From Alphaproteobacteria bacterium (GTDB lineage: Bacteria; Pseudomonadota; Alphaproteobacteria; CALKHQ01), in the NCBI GenBank assembly GCA_965227515.1, contig CBDDFZ010000002.1, positions 384,001 through 448,000 of the forward strand: DNA of 64,000 nt, given 5' to 3'. Below the pieces are notes generated by a model. It was not told the DNA's origin, did not search any database, and worked only from the letters and a program-made list of their open reading frames with translations. A program made the translations under genes and the position numbers. Below are positions 24,886 through 34,524 of the stretch, piece by piece (position 1 is the first letter of the stretch; every line of letters begins with the position of its first letter).

Positions 24886-26058
24886 ATGAGCGCGACTCAC
24901 CACCCGGCGGCGCCGGCAAATCTCAGCCCCGCCCGCAGGGTGGTTGCGCTGTCGTTCTTCGTGCTCGGCGCCGGCTTCGGCAGCTTCGCGCCGCACATCC
25001 CGACCATCAAGGACCTGCACGGCCTGGACGAGGCTGAGCTGGGGCTGATCCTGTTCTGCCTTGCCGGCGGCGCGGTGCTGGCGATGAAGACCGTGGGCAA
25101 GCTGGTGGACGCCCACGGCAGCCGCATCGTCGTGCTCCTGTCCACCATCGGCTATCTGGCGGCGCTGAACGGCCCGCTCCTGATGCCGGACGTCGTCACT
25201 CTGTGCATATCACTGGCCCTGGTCGGCGTGATGGCCGGCGCGCTAGACGTTTCGGCCAACGTCCACGCGGTGGGTGTGGAGGCGCTGCACGGCCGCCCGC
25301 TGCTGTCGCGCATGCACGGCTTCTATTCCGTCGGCGCGTTCGCCGGTGCGGCGTTCAGCTCGCTGATGCTGTCGCTGGAGGCCACGCCGTCCCAGATCGT
25401 GCTGATCGCATCGGCGGCACTGGTCCTGGTGGCGGTGCTGCAATGGCGCGATCTGTTGCCGGCCAGTGCGGACCGGGTCAGCGCCGACAATTCGGTGCCC
25501 GCCGCCGGCCGGCGCAACTGGTTCCTGATCGTGCTCGGGCTGCTCGGCGCGGTCGCGATGATGGCTGAGGGCGCGATGTTCGACTGGAGCGCCATCTACA
25601 TGCGCGACCTCGTCGAGGCGCCGGCCGACCGCGTCGGCTGGCCGTTCGCCGCGTTCAGCATCACCATGGCGCTCGGCCGGTTTGCCGGCGACTACCTGGC
25701 CCACAAATGGGGCCCAACGCTGCTGCTGCGGATTTGCACCTTCACCAGCGTGGCCGGCATTGCGGTGATGATCGCCTTCCCCGAAGCGTGGCCGGTCATC
25801 CTGGGCGGCGCGCTGCTCGGCTTCGGCCTCGCCAACTGCGTGCCGCTGGTGTTCAGCGCCGGTGCGCGGGTCTCCGGCGTCAGCAAGGGCGCCGGGCTCG
25901 CGACCGTGGCCGGCTTTGCCTATATGGGCTTCGTCGCCGGGCCGCCGCTGGTCGGCATCGTGGCCGGTTTCTCCAGCCTGCCGGTGGCGTTCGCCGTGCT
26001 CGCAGTCATGCTGCTGCCGATGCTGCTGGTCCGCCTGCCGAAGGGCGGCGAGAAGTAG
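24886..26058 (+). CDS. MFS transporter
   Basis: About 12 hydrophobic segments; GKLVDAHGSR and GRFAGDYLAHKWG loop motifs; LSRMHGFYSVG; EGAMFDWSAIY. Confidence 0.9.
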   Translation: MSATHHPAAPANLSPARRVVALSFFVLGAGFGSFAPHIPTIKDLHGLDEAELGLILFCLAGGAVLAMKTVGKLVDAHGSRIVVLLSTIGYLAALNGPLLMPDVVTLCISLALVGVMAGALDVSANVHAVGVEALHGRPLLSRMHGFYSVGAFAGAAFSSLMLSLEATPSQIVLIASAALVLVAVLQWRDLLPASADRVSADNSVPAAGRRNWFLIVLGLLGAVAMMAEGAMFDWSAIYMRDLVEAPADRVGWPFAAFSITMALGRFAGDYLAHKWGPTLLLRICTFTSVAGIAVMIAFPEAWPVILGGALLGFGLANCVPLVFSAGARVSGVSKGAGLATVAGFAYMGFVAGPPLVGIVAGFSSLPVAFAVLAVMLLPMLLVRLPKGGEK

Positions 26059-26130
26059 CGCCTGGGCAAACAAACCTTCGTCGCCCTCGCCCTTGCGCCT
26101 ACGAGGGTCACTCATCTTACCCATACACAA

Positions 26131-26310
26131 TTGTCATCCTCGCCCTTGTGGCGAGGATCCATTTTTGTCCAATACGCCAATATGTTACGAGTTCAAAGGG
26201 CGCGAGGTGGCGAAACTGCGGCTGATCGCACGGCGCTTGGCTTTCAGTCCTCTGGCCAGCGACCGCGCCGTTGCTGCCATGGGTCCTCGCCACAAGGGCG
26301 AGGACGACAA
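26131..26310. repeat. REP/MITE-like element with 32-bp self-palindromic inverted repeats
   Basis: TTGTCATCCTCGCCCTTGTGGCGAGGATCCAT ... ATGGGTCCTCGCCACAAGGGCGAGGACGACAA (30/32). Confidence 0.85.
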
Positions 26311-26336
26311 ACTATCTTGGAAATTGAGGTGCTCCT

Positions 26337-27809
26337 CTAAGCGAAAGCTGCGAGCTCCTGCAGCCGGATCGGGCGGCCGGGGCGGGCACCGGTGGCCGCG
26401 CCTTCGGCCCATACCGGGCGCCCGGCCACCATCACCATGTCGATGCCCGCGGCGGGCTTGATCGGCGCGGTGAACGTCGCGGTGTCGGCGATGGTCGCCG
26501 GGTCGAACAGCACCAGGTCCGCGAAGTAGCCCTCCTTCAGCAGGCCGCGCTCCGGAATGCCGAAGCGCGCGCACGGCAGGCCGGTCATCTTGCGCACCGC
26601 CTCTTCCAGCGAGAACAGGCCCTCGTCGCGCGCGTAGTGCCCCAGCACGCGCGGGAAGGTGCCCCACAGCCGCGGGTGCGGGTGCTCGTCGTGGGGCAGG
26701 CCGTCGGAGCCGACCATGGTGTGCGGATAGGCCATGATCCGGCGCACGTCGGCCTCGTCCATCATGAAGAAGATGCCGCCGGCCGGGTTCAGCGCCTCCA
26801 CCGCGCCGACCCTGTCGGTACCAAGTTCGGCCGCGACGTCGTCCAGATCGCGGCCGGCGAATTCCGGATGCGGATCGCACCAGGTGACCAGCACCTTGGC
26901 GGCCAGCACGGCAACGTCGGCGCCGAGCATGCTGGAGCCGGCGACATAGGGGTAGCAGTCGAGCGAGACCGGCTGGCCGCTGCCGATGACCTTGTCGAAC
27001 AGCGCCAGCGTCTCCGGCGAACGGCCGTGGTTGCGGGTGCCGGCGCACTTGTGGTGGGAGAACACCACGGGCACGTCGATCTCGCGGCCGATGGAAAAGC
27101 CCTCCTCCAGCGCATCGGCGATGCCGTCGAACTCGTCGCGGATGTGGGTGGTGTGGATGGCGCGGTGCGACGTCAGCCCGCGCGCGATCTCGATCACCTC
27201 TTCGGTCGGCGCATTGATCGCCGGCGGATAGAAAAGGCCGGTGCTGAAGCCGATGGCGCCGGCGTCCAGCGACGTCTCCAGTTGGCCGCGCATCGCCTTG
27301 ATCTCGTCGGCGGTCGCGGGCCGGGTCAGGCTGTCCATGGCGCCGACCCGCAGGCTGGAATGGCCGACCTGGGCCAGCACGTTCAGCGCTGGCGGGTCGT
27401 CATCGAGCGCGGTCAGATAGTCGGCGAAATTGGAGAAGAAGCGCTCCGGCTCCGGGCAGATCAGGTCGATGGGGGCGGGCGGCCGCGCGGCGGTCTCCAG
27501 CGGTGCCAGGCTGACGCCGCAATTGCCGACCACCACGGCCGTCACGCCCTGGCTGATCTTGCAGTCCATGGTCGGGTTCACGATGACCGCGCGGTCGTCG
27601 TGGGTGTGCACGTCGACGAAGCCCGGCGCCACCGCATGGCCGCCGGCATCGATCTCGCGCCCCGCCCGCCAGTGCGACAGGTCGCCCAGCGCCGCGATGC
27701 GCTCCCCGGTCACCGCGATATCGCCCGATACCGACGGCGCCCCTGTGCCGTCGATCAGCCGCGCGCCACGGATGATCAGGTCGGCGTTCTCACCTGCGGT
27801 TTCGGCCAT
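26337..27809 (-). CDS. N-acyl-D-amino-acid deacylase (D-aminoacylase, amidohydrolase superfamily)
   Basis: APGFVDVHTHDD, QGVTAVVVGNCG, THIRDE, SHHK, GSDG, HPRLWGTFPRVLG, GYFADLVLFDP. Confidence 0.92.
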   Translation of the reverse strand: MAETAGENADLIIRGARLIDGTGAPSVSGDIAVTGERIAALGDLSHWRAGREIDAGGHAVAPGFVDVHTHDDRAVIVNPTMDCKISQGVTAVVVGNCGVSLAPLETAARPPAPIDLICPEPERFFSNFADYLTALDDDPPALNVLAQVGHSSLRVGAMDSLTRPATADEIKAMRGQLETSLDAGAIGFSTGLFYPPAINAPTEEVIEIARGLTSHRAIHTTHIRDEFDGIADALEEGFSIGREIDVPVVFSHHKCAGTRNHGRSPETLALFDKVIGSGQPVSLDCYPYVAGSSMLGADVAVLAAKVLVTWCDPHPEFAGRDLDDVAAELGTDRVGAVEALNPAGGIFFMMDEADVRRIMAYPHTMVGSDGLPHDEHPHPRLWGTFPRVLGHYARDEGLFSLEEAVRKMTGLPCARFGIPERGLLKEGYFADLVLFDPATIADTATFTAPIKPAAGIDMVMVAGRPVWAEGAATGARPGRPIRLQELAAFA

Positions 27810-27926
27810 TCCCGGTTTCCCCCAATGCTGATGCCCGATGCTGATGCCCAATACGGACGGATGTCCTATGATCGGCGCTGCATGGCGAGGTGTCGAGCGT
27901 TCAAACCAACAGGATGAGGGATATCG

Positions 27927-28925
27927 ATGGACGGTGCAGACCCATCCCCCGAATACCGCGAGCTGGAAGCGAATTTCCGCTACGACTTCGAGCGCTTCGC
28001 TCGCGCGTCGTTCGTCTACGGGCCGCGCGACCGCGAGAACCAGCGCGCGATGCTGCACATCCTGTTCCATTCCATCGAGCATGGGCTCTCGCTGAGCGAA
28101 CCGCGGCCCGGCTACGGCAAGGACAAGATCGTCTCGCTGCTGAGCAAGACGCGCAGCTACGTGGCCGACTTCGGGCTCGACGGCTCGGCCGCCTCGGCGT
28201 TGAAGGTGCTCGACGCCTATATCGCCTTCAACCGGCGCGTCGGTGTCGACGTCGACGACATTGCCGCCGAGCTCGATGCCATCGACGCCGACACCGGCTA
28301 TCGCGGCGCGAACGTCCATGGCGGCACCGAGGAGGTGACGGCCGACGAGATCAAGGCGCTGGGCTTCGACTTCAACGCCTTCATGGACGCCCGCCACAGC
28401 GTGCGCCAGTACGCCGACAAGCCGGTCGACCCGGCGATCATCGAGCGCGCGGTGCGCGCCGCCCAGCAGGTCCCCTCGGTCTGCAACCGCCAGACCTGCC
28501 GCGTCTATGCCTTCACCGAGAAGGACGACAAGGCGCGGGTGCTCTCTTACCAGTCCGGCAACCGCGGCTTCGGCCATGAGATCGGCGTGGTCATGGTGAT
28601 CACCGCCAACATGGCGCACATGAACCTGATCGGAGAGCGCTACCAGCACTGGATCGACGGCGGCCTTTTCGCCATGGCGCTGGCGCTGAGCTACCACGCC
28701 CAGGGGCTGGGCGCCTGCATGCTGAACTGGAGCGTGACCAAGGAGGTCGACCAGGCGATGCGGGCCTGCGTCGGCATTCCCGACAACGAGGCCGTCATCA
28801 CCATGATGGGCGCGGGCCACCTGAAGGAGCGGTTCCGGGTGCCGTGCTCGCAGCGCAAGCCGCTGGACGACGTGTTGAAGCTCAACCCGGCGATCGACCA
28901 CGCCGCCCCGACGGTGGAGCGGTAA
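27927..28925 (+). CDS. Nitroreductase family protein with N-terminal helical extension
   Basis: RHSVRQY, PSVCNRQ, DGGLFAMALALSYHAQGLGACMLNW. Confidence 0.85.
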   Translation: MDGADPSPEYRELEANFRYDFERFARASFVYGPRDRENQRAMLHILFHSIEHGLSLSEPRPGYGKDKIVSLLSKTRSYVADFGLDGSAASALKVLDAYIAFNRRVGVDVDDIAAELDAIDADTGYRGANVHGGTEEVTADEIKALGFDFNAFMDARHSVRQYADKPVDPAIIERAVRAAQQVPSVCNRQTCRVYAFTEKDDKARVLSYQSGNRGFGHEIGVVMVITANMAHMNLIGERYQHWIDGGLFAMALALSYHAQGLGACMLNWSVTKEVDQAMRACVGIPDNEAVITMMGAGHLKERFRVPCSQRKPLDDVLKLNPAIDHAAPTVER

Positions 28926-28955
28926 GGGCGCGCGGACCGCGCCAACAAACTAATC

Positions 28956-29060
28956 CGTCATCCTCGGGCTTGTCCCGAGGATCCACAAGAAGGCCGCCCC
29001 CGATAATCCAATTGGGCCGCCTATTAGACGTGGATGCCCGCAACAAGTGCGGGCATGGCG
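28956..29060. repeat. CGTCAT-family palindromic repeat
   Basis: CGTCATCCTCGGGCTTGTCCCGAGGATCCAC ... GTGGATGCCCGCAACAAGTGCGGGCATGGCG. Confidence 0.8.
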
Positions 29061-29108
29061 ACTGGGGTGGTCGGCCGAGACGCTGCCCTACCCCAGAATC
29101 GTAGAATT

Positions 29109-29194
29109 GTAGCCCGGGTGGAACGAAGTGAAACCCGGGGACATCGAACCGCCGGCGCCTGAACCCGGGTTCCGCTGCGCTCCACCCAGGTTAC
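29109..29194. repeat. GTAG-family REP doublet
   Basis: GTAGCCCGGGTGGAACGAAGTGAAACCCGGG ... CCCGGGTTCCGCTGCGCTCCACCCAGGTTAC; copies at 33163 and 55850. Confidence 0.85.
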
Positions 29195-29252
29195 TGAGCC
29201 GCAACAATGTCATGCCACACGGTCAGGGACGACACGCAGGGAAGGGCGCTCC

Positions 29253-30347
29253 CTACGCCAACGCCTCCACCGGGGTGAAATCCATGTCGAGGCCGAACGG
29301 GCGCGGGCCGAACACCGCCAGTGCCTCCGGCGTGCGCATGATCGGCGGCACGCTCACCCCCATCACCGCGACCCGCTGGCCATAGCGCAGGTACTCCGTC
29401 GTGATCGCCTCGCCGGTCTCTGCGTCCAGCACGCAGATCAGGTCGGGCACCATGGCCTTCGCCGCGCCGTCGATGGTGGCGAGCAGGTTTTCGTTCTGGA
29501 ACCGGATCAGCATTTCGCCCGACCAGTCGTCGAGGCCGGCGATCCGCGCCTCGCCAATGGCGAACCCGTGCCTGGTCGCGCGGTCGACGTCGACCAGCTT
29601 GCCGCGAAACAGCACCCGGGCGTGGGCGTAGTGGGTGCGCGAAAAGGCGTCGATCATGGCGGCGAACACGTCCTCGTGCGCCGTGCGTGCCTCGCGCATG
29701 CGCCGCCCGAGGCCAAGCGTTAGGCTGACGGTGTTCGGCACCGAGACCCGGCGGGCGGTGGCGCCGTCCATGGCGTATTCGGCAATCGAGGTCTGGCCGC
29801 CCATGCGGATGGTGACCCCGCGCGCAATCCATTCCGCCATTTGCGCGCGGTCGGACTCCACGACGACGCTGTCGCCCCATTCGTTGACGATGACGACGGG
29901 CGCCGCCGGTACGCCATAGACGTTGAAGGTCTCCATCTGGAGCTCGGGGAAGGCGCGGCCCATGCCGTCGGCATCCACCACCGGCAGACCGCGCTGGGCG
30001 GCGATCAGCAGCGGCAGGGTGGAGTTCACCCCGCCGGCCTCGAACGGGATGATGGCGTCGACCTCGCGGCCGAGCTCGCGCTCCAGCACCGCCAGCGCCT
30101 TGGCCGGCTCGGTGCCGTTGGGGATCTTCTCGATCAGCACCGTCGGCGCGCCCATGTTGCCGACCGTGACGATCAGCGCATCGTCGGCCAGTTCGTCGAG
30201 GCCGATCAGGTCGATGCCGCCGCTCTCGCGCATCGCCTCGGTCGCCAGCAGGCGGCCGACATAGGGGTCGCCGCCGCCGCCGGTGCCGAGCACCGCGGCA
30301 CCGCGGCACAGGTCCTCCAGATCGTCGACGGTGATGCGGGTGGGCAT
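29253..30347 (-). CDS. DUF917 family protein (copy 1)
   Basis: GAAVLGTGGGGDP, GAPTVLIEK, PFEAGGVNS, DADGMGRAFPELQM, FQNENL, PDLICVLD, LRYGQRV. Confidence 0.9.
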   Translation of the reverse strand: MPTRITVDDLEDLCRGAAVLGTGGGGDPYVGRLLATEAMRESGGIDLIGLDELADDALIVTVGNMGAPTVLIEKIPNGTEPAKALAVLERELGREVDAIIPFEAGGVNSTLPLLIAAQRGLPVVDADGMGRAFPELQMETFNVYGVPAAPVVIVNEWGDSVVVESDRAQMAEWIARGVTIRMGGQTSIAEYAMDGATARRVSVPNTVSLTLGLGRRMREARTAHEDVFAAMIDAFSRTHYAHARVLFRGKLVDVDRATRHGFAIGEARIAGLDDWSGEMLIRFQNENLLATIDGAAKAMVPDLICVLDAETGEAITTEYLRYGQRVAVMGVSVPPIMRTPEALAVFGPRPFGLDMDFTPVEALA

Positions 30348-30359
30348 TCAGTTACCAAC

Positions 30360-30446
30360 CGTCATGGTCGGGCTTGTCCCGACCATCCACGACTTTCGTC
30401 AGCCGTTGCCAAGACGTGGATGCCCGCAACGAGTGCGGGCATGACG
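30360..30446. repeat. CGTCATG-family palindromic repeat between two DUF917 genes
   Basis: CGTCATGGTCGGGCTTGTCCCGACCATCCACG ... CGTGGATGCCCGCAACGAGTGCGGGCATGACG. Confidence 0.85.
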
Positions 30447-30479
30447 AAGGAGGTTTAGCCGCAAAACGATGAGCGACCA

Positions 30480-31571
30480 TCACCCCATCTGCTCGATGGG
30501 GGTGAACAGTGCGTCGATGCCGAAGCCGACCGGGCCGAAGATCGCCAGCGCCTCGGGCGTGCGCATAATAGGCGGCACCGCGACACCCATCACCGTGACG
30601 CGCTGGCCGTAGCGCAGGGTCTCGGTGGTGATCGGCTCGGCGGTCTCGGAATCCATGATGCAGATCAGGTCGGGCACGATGGCCTTCAGCTCGCCGTCGA
30701 CCCGGGCCGTCAGGTTCTCGTTCTGGATCTCGATCTCCATGATGCCCGGCCACTCGTCCAGGCCCTGGATCTTGCACAGCCCGGCGGCGAACCCGGCGCG
30801 CGTCTCGCGGAAGATGTCGACGATCTTGCCGCGATAGATGATCTTGCCGAACGAGTAGGGCGTCTGCGGCAGCAGGTCGAGCAATGCCTGGAACGGGTTG
30901 ATGTGGCCCTGCCGTGCCTCGCGGATGCAGCGCCCGATCTTCAGCGCCAGGGTCAGCGTGTTGGGCACCGACGTGCGCCGTACTTCCTCGCCGGTCATCG
31001 CGTACTCGGCGATGTAGGCGGCACCGCCCATGCGGATGGCGACCCCGCGCGCGATCCATTCCATCATCTTGTTGTCGCGGGTCTCGACCAGCGTGCAGTC
31101 GCCATACTCGTTGGTGATCGCCATCGGCGTGCCAGAGACGCCGTAGACCGCGAAGGTCTCCATCTGCAGTTCCGGGAAGGCGCGGCCCATGCCGTCGGCA
31201 TCAACCACCGGCAGGCCCAGGCGGGCGCCGACCACCAGCGGCATGGTCGAATTGATGCCGCCGATCTCGATCGGCATGGTGGCGAACGCCTTCTTGCCCA
31301 GGTGGCGCTCCAGGCGCTGCAACGACTTCACCGCCTCGTCGCCGCGCGGAATCTTTTCCACCAGCACGGTCGGCGCGCCCATCATCGCGGTCGGCAGCAC
31401 CAGCGCGTCCTCCGGCACCTCCGACGGGTCGATGATGGTGACCGGCCCGGACTCGTCCATGGCGTGCTCCACCATCAGCCGGCCGATATAAGGGTCGCCG
31501 CCGCCGCCGGTGCCCAGGAACGCCGCCCCGCGGCACAGGTCTTTCAGGTCTTCGCGATCAAGTTCGAACAT
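30480..31571 (-). CDS. DUF917 family protein (copy 2)
   Basis: GAAFLGTGGGGDP, PIEIGGINS, DADGMGRAFPELQM, QNENL, LRYGQRV. Confidence 0.9.
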   Translation of the reverse strand: MFELDREDLKDLCRGAAFLGTGGGGDPYIGRLMVEHAMDESGPVTIIDPSEVPEDALVLPTAMMGAPTVLVEKIPRGDEAVKSLQRLERHLGKKAFATMPIEIGGINSTMPLVVGARLGLPVVDADGMGRAFPELQMETFAVYGVSGTPMAITNEYGDCTLVETRDNKMMEWIARGVAIRMGGAAYIAEYAMTGEEVRRTSVPNTLTLALKIGRCIREARQGHINPFQALLDLLPQTPYSFGKIIYRGKIVDIFRETRAGFAAGLCKIQGLDEWPGIMEIEIQNENLTARVDGELKAIVPDLICIMDSETAEPITTETLRYGQRVTVMGVAVPPIMRTPEALAIFGPVGFGIDALFTPIEQMG

Positions 31572-31589
31572 GCTGCTTGCCTCCCTGAC

Positions 31590-33131
31590 CTAGTTCATCG
31601 CCAGGTCGCCGACCGCCTTCACCCGGATGCGGGTGGCGGACGACGGCAGGTAGGCGAGCGGCACTTCCTCGATGTCGACGATCTGCACGCTGTCGGCGAT
31701 CGCGCCGGCCTCCACCGCCTTTTCGGTGGCCTCCTGCTTGGCCTGGCCGAGCGCCTGGTCGCGGCCGAGGCCTTCCAGCGAGAAGATGCGGTCGACCTCG
31801 CCGCCGACCTGGGCGATGGCGGCCCCGATGGCGTTGGCGACCGAGGCGTGGTCGGGCTTGACGATCTCCGACGCCGCCGGCAGGTCGCGCGAGACCAGGA
31901 TCGAGCCGCCGCCGACCAGGATGACGGGCAGGGCCTCCGCACTGGTCTTCATCCGGTCGACCGCCTCGTCGACCATGCGGTGCATGGTGGCGATGGCGGT
32001 TTCGACCACATCCGCCTTGAGGTGAGCCACGCGGCTGCGGTCGCCGATGTCCTCCAGCCCCGCAGCCACCACGATATCGGTGGTGGTCAGTATGTCGCCG
32101 CCGAACACCAGCGCCTTTTCGGTCAGCTCGTAGCCCACCGAATCCGGGCCGATGCGGGCCCCGTCGTCGCGCACCAGGCTGCCGCCGCCGAGCCCTATCG
32201 CCAGCACGTCGGGCATGCGGAAATTGGTCCGCACCCCGCCGATGTCGACCGCGACCGCGCTTTCGCGCGGGAAGCCGTGCAGCAGCATGCCGACGTCGGA
32301 CGTCGTGCCGCCGATATCGACCACCATTGCCTCCTTCGCCTTGGCCAGGAAGGCGGCACCGCGCATGGAATTGGTCGGCCCGGACGCGAAGGTCAGCACC
32401 GGGTAGCGCGCCACGTGGTCGGCGGTCATCAGGGTGCCGTCGTTCTGGCTGATGTAGAAGGGTGCCGTGATCTTCAACTGGTCGAGGGCGGAGCGGAAGC
32501 TGTCGACCACCCGGCTCGCCAGGTCGGCCAGGCAGGCGTTCATGATGGTGGCGTTCTCGCGCTCCAGGAAGCCGACGCGGCCGATCTCGTGGCTGACCGA
32601 AATGGCGATGTCCGGCAGCTCCTGCTGCAGGATCTCGGCCGCCCGTTGCTCCATCTCGTTCTTCACCGGCGAGAACACGGAGGTGACGGCGGCGGCGCGC
32701 AGCCCCTTCGCCTTGATATCCTTTGCCGCGTCCTTCAGCGCCTGCTCGTCGAGCGGCGCGATCTCGCGGCCGTCGAACTCGTTGCCGCCGTGGATCAGAT
32801 AGCGATGGCGGCCCAGCGTGTCGGCGAGGTCGGCCGGCCAGTCGACCATCGGCGGCAGGCCCTTGGTCGCCGGCAGGCCGAGCCGCACCGCCGCCACCTC
32901 CAGCAGGCGCCGCCGCTCCACCACCGCGTTGGTGAAATGGGTGGTGCCGATCATCACCGCCTGGATGTCGGCCGGCGCGACGCTGCTTTCGTCAAGGACG
33001 GTCTTCAGGGCCGCCATGATGCCGCCCGACACGTCCGCCGTCGTCGGTGTCTTGTGAGCCGCGACGACCGTCAGCCCATCCATCAGCACGGCGTCGGTGT
33101 TGGTGCCGCCGACGTCAATTCCCACGCGCAT
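31590..33131 (-). CDS. Hydantoinase/oxoprolinase A-type protein, short form (copy 1)
   Basis: MRVGIDVGGTNTDAV, IGTTHFTNA, ERENATIMNA, QNDGT, SGPTNSMRGA, DIGGTTSDVG, ANAIGAA; 513 aa. Confidence 0.92.
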   Translation of the reverse strand: MRVGIDVGGTNTDAVLMDGLTVVAAHKTPTTADVSGGIMAALKTVLDESSVAPADIQAVMIGTTHFTNAVVERRRLLEVAAVRLGLPATKGLPPMVDWPADLADTLGRHRYLIHGGNEFDGREIAPLDEQALKDAAKDIKAKGLRAAAVTSVFSPVKNEMEQRAAEILQQELPDIAISVSHEIGRVGFLERENATIMNACLADLASRVVDSFRSALDQLKITAPFYISQNDGTLMTADHVARYPVLTFASGPTNSMRGAAFLAKAKEAMVVDIGGTTSDVGMLLHGFPRESAVAVDIGGVRTNFRMPDVLAIGLGGGSLVRDDGARIGPDSVGYELTEKALVFGGDILTTTDIVVAAGLEDIGDRSRVAHLKADVVETAIATMHRMVDEAVDRMKTSAEALPVILVGGGSILVSRDLPAASEIVKPDHASVANAIGAAIAQVGGEVDRIFSLEGLGRDQALGQAKQEATEKAVEAGAIADSVQIVDIEEVPLAYLPSSATRIRVKAVGDLAMN

Positions 33132-33162
33132 GTTCGTTCCGCTTGTTTGGTGTGAAGAAGGC

Positions 33163-33248
33163 GTAGCCCGGGTGAAACGTAGTGGAACCCGGGGATGACA
33201 AGATTGCGATGGTCGATCCCGGGTTCCGCTGTGCTCCACCCGGGCTAC
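33163..33248. repeat. GTAG-family REP doublet
   Basis: GTAGCCCGGGTGAAACGTAGTGGAACCCGGG ... CCCGGGTTCCGCTGTGCTCCACCCGGGCTAC. Confidence 0.85.
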
Positions 33249-33263
33249 AATTCCGTGACGGCA

Positions 33264-34337
33264 TCACTCGACCAGCAGGGCAGTGCCGTCGGCCGGCCAG
33301 GCGACCGCGACCTCGGTGCCGTCGGCCAGCACCGCGCGGTCGGAGCGGTTGGGCGTCTCGGCGACCAGGGTCTGGCCGTCGATATCGAACCGGTAGCGGA
33401 TGACCGCCCCCTGATAGGTGTGGTCCATCACCCGCGCGGTGATGCGGTTGGCGCCAGTAGCCGCATCCGCCTCGACGCCGACGAGCACGCGCTCGGGGCG
33501 GATCACCAGCGCCACCGCCGCGCCGGGGCCGAGGCCGTCCTGGTGCATGGCGCCGATGGTGTGGCCGCCGATGGCGAGCTGGCAGTCGGCGCCGTCGACG
33601 GCCTGGACGGTGGCGTTCAGGATGTTGGACTCACCGATGAACTCGGTGACGAACCGGCTGGCCGGGTGCTCGTAGATCTCCTGCGGCGAGCCGATCTGCG
33701 CCACCGCGCCCTTGTTCATCACCGCGATCCGGTCGGACATGGTCAGCGCCTCGCCCTGGTCGTGGGTGACGTAAAGGGTGGTGATCTTCAGTTCGCGCTG
33801 CAGGTTCTTGATCCAGTACTTCATCTCCTCGCGCAGCTTCTTGTCGAGCGCGCTCAGGGGCTCGTCGAGCAACAGGATCTTCGGCTCGGTGATCAGCACG
33901 CGCGCCAACGCCACGCGCTGCTGCTCGCCGCCGGAAAGCTCGCGCTGGTAGCGGCGCTCGTAGCCGGCCAGGCCGACCTGTTCCAGCGCCGCCGCAACCC
34001 GCCTGGCGATCTCCGGCGCAGGCGCGCGGCGCAGCTTCAGCCCGAAGGCGATGTTGTCGAACACGTTCATGTGCGGGAAGATCGCGTAGTTCTGGAACAC
34101 GATCCCGATGCCGCGCTTTTCCGGCGGCATGAACGTCAGGTCGGTGCCGCCGATTAGGATCGCGCCCGTCGTCGGCTGCACGAAGCCCGCGATCATGCGC
34201 AAGGTGGTGGTCTTGCCGCAGCCGGACGGGCCGAGCAGCGAGAAGAACTCGCCCTCCTCAACGCGCAGGCTGGTCGGCGTCAGGGCGACATTGTCGCCGT
34301 AGGTCTTCGACAGCTCGACGATTTCGACGTCAGACAA
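33264..34337 (-). CDS. PotA-like ABC ATP-binding protein
   Basis: GPSGCGKTT, VFQNYAIFPHM, LSGGEQQRVALAR, DEPLSALD, TOBE-like C-terminus. Confidence 0.93.
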   Translation of the reverse strand: MSDVEIVELSKTYGDNVALTPTSLRVEEGEFFSLLGPSGCGKTTTLRMIAGFVQPTTGAILIGGTDLTFMPPEKRGIGIVFQNYAIFPHMNVFDNIAFGLKLRRAPAPEIARRVAAALEQVGLAGYERRYQRELSGGEQQRVALARVLITEPKILLLDEPLSALDKKLREEMKYWIKNLQRELKITTLYVTHDQGEALTMSDRIAVMNKGAVAQIGSPQEIYEHPASRFVTEFIGESNILNATVQAVDGADCQLAIGGHTIGAMHQDGLGPGAAVALVIRPERVLVGVEADAATGANRITARVMDHTYQGAVIRYRFDIDGQTLVAETPNRSDRAVLADGTEVAVAWPADGTALLVE

Positions 34338-34399
34338 GTTTCATGCCTCGACTACCCATATTGCGGCCCTCTCGCGCGGCCGTTCATCGTAACCACCAC

Positions 34400-34490
34400 C
34401 GTCATGCCCGCACTTGTTGCGGGCATCCACGTCTTGTTGGCGGCCTAAGCCGCCATCTCGTGGATGGTCGGGACAAGCCCGACCATGACG
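34400..34490. repeat. CGTCATG-family palindromic repeat downstream of a binding-protein gene
   Basis: CGTCATGCCCGCACTTGTTGCGGGCATCCACG ... CGTGGATGGTCGGGACAAGCCCGACCATGACG (inverted relative to the 30360 copy). Confidence 0.85.
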
Positions 34491-34524
34491 ATTGTGATGG
34501 TGGCAACACTTCGCGTCGTTACGA

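Noticed and set aside
26337-28901. 854-aa minus-strand ORF as a fusion protein
   Set aside because: The N-terminal 363 aa are the stop-free antisense of the nitroreductase gene and spacer; the deacylase starts at 27809.
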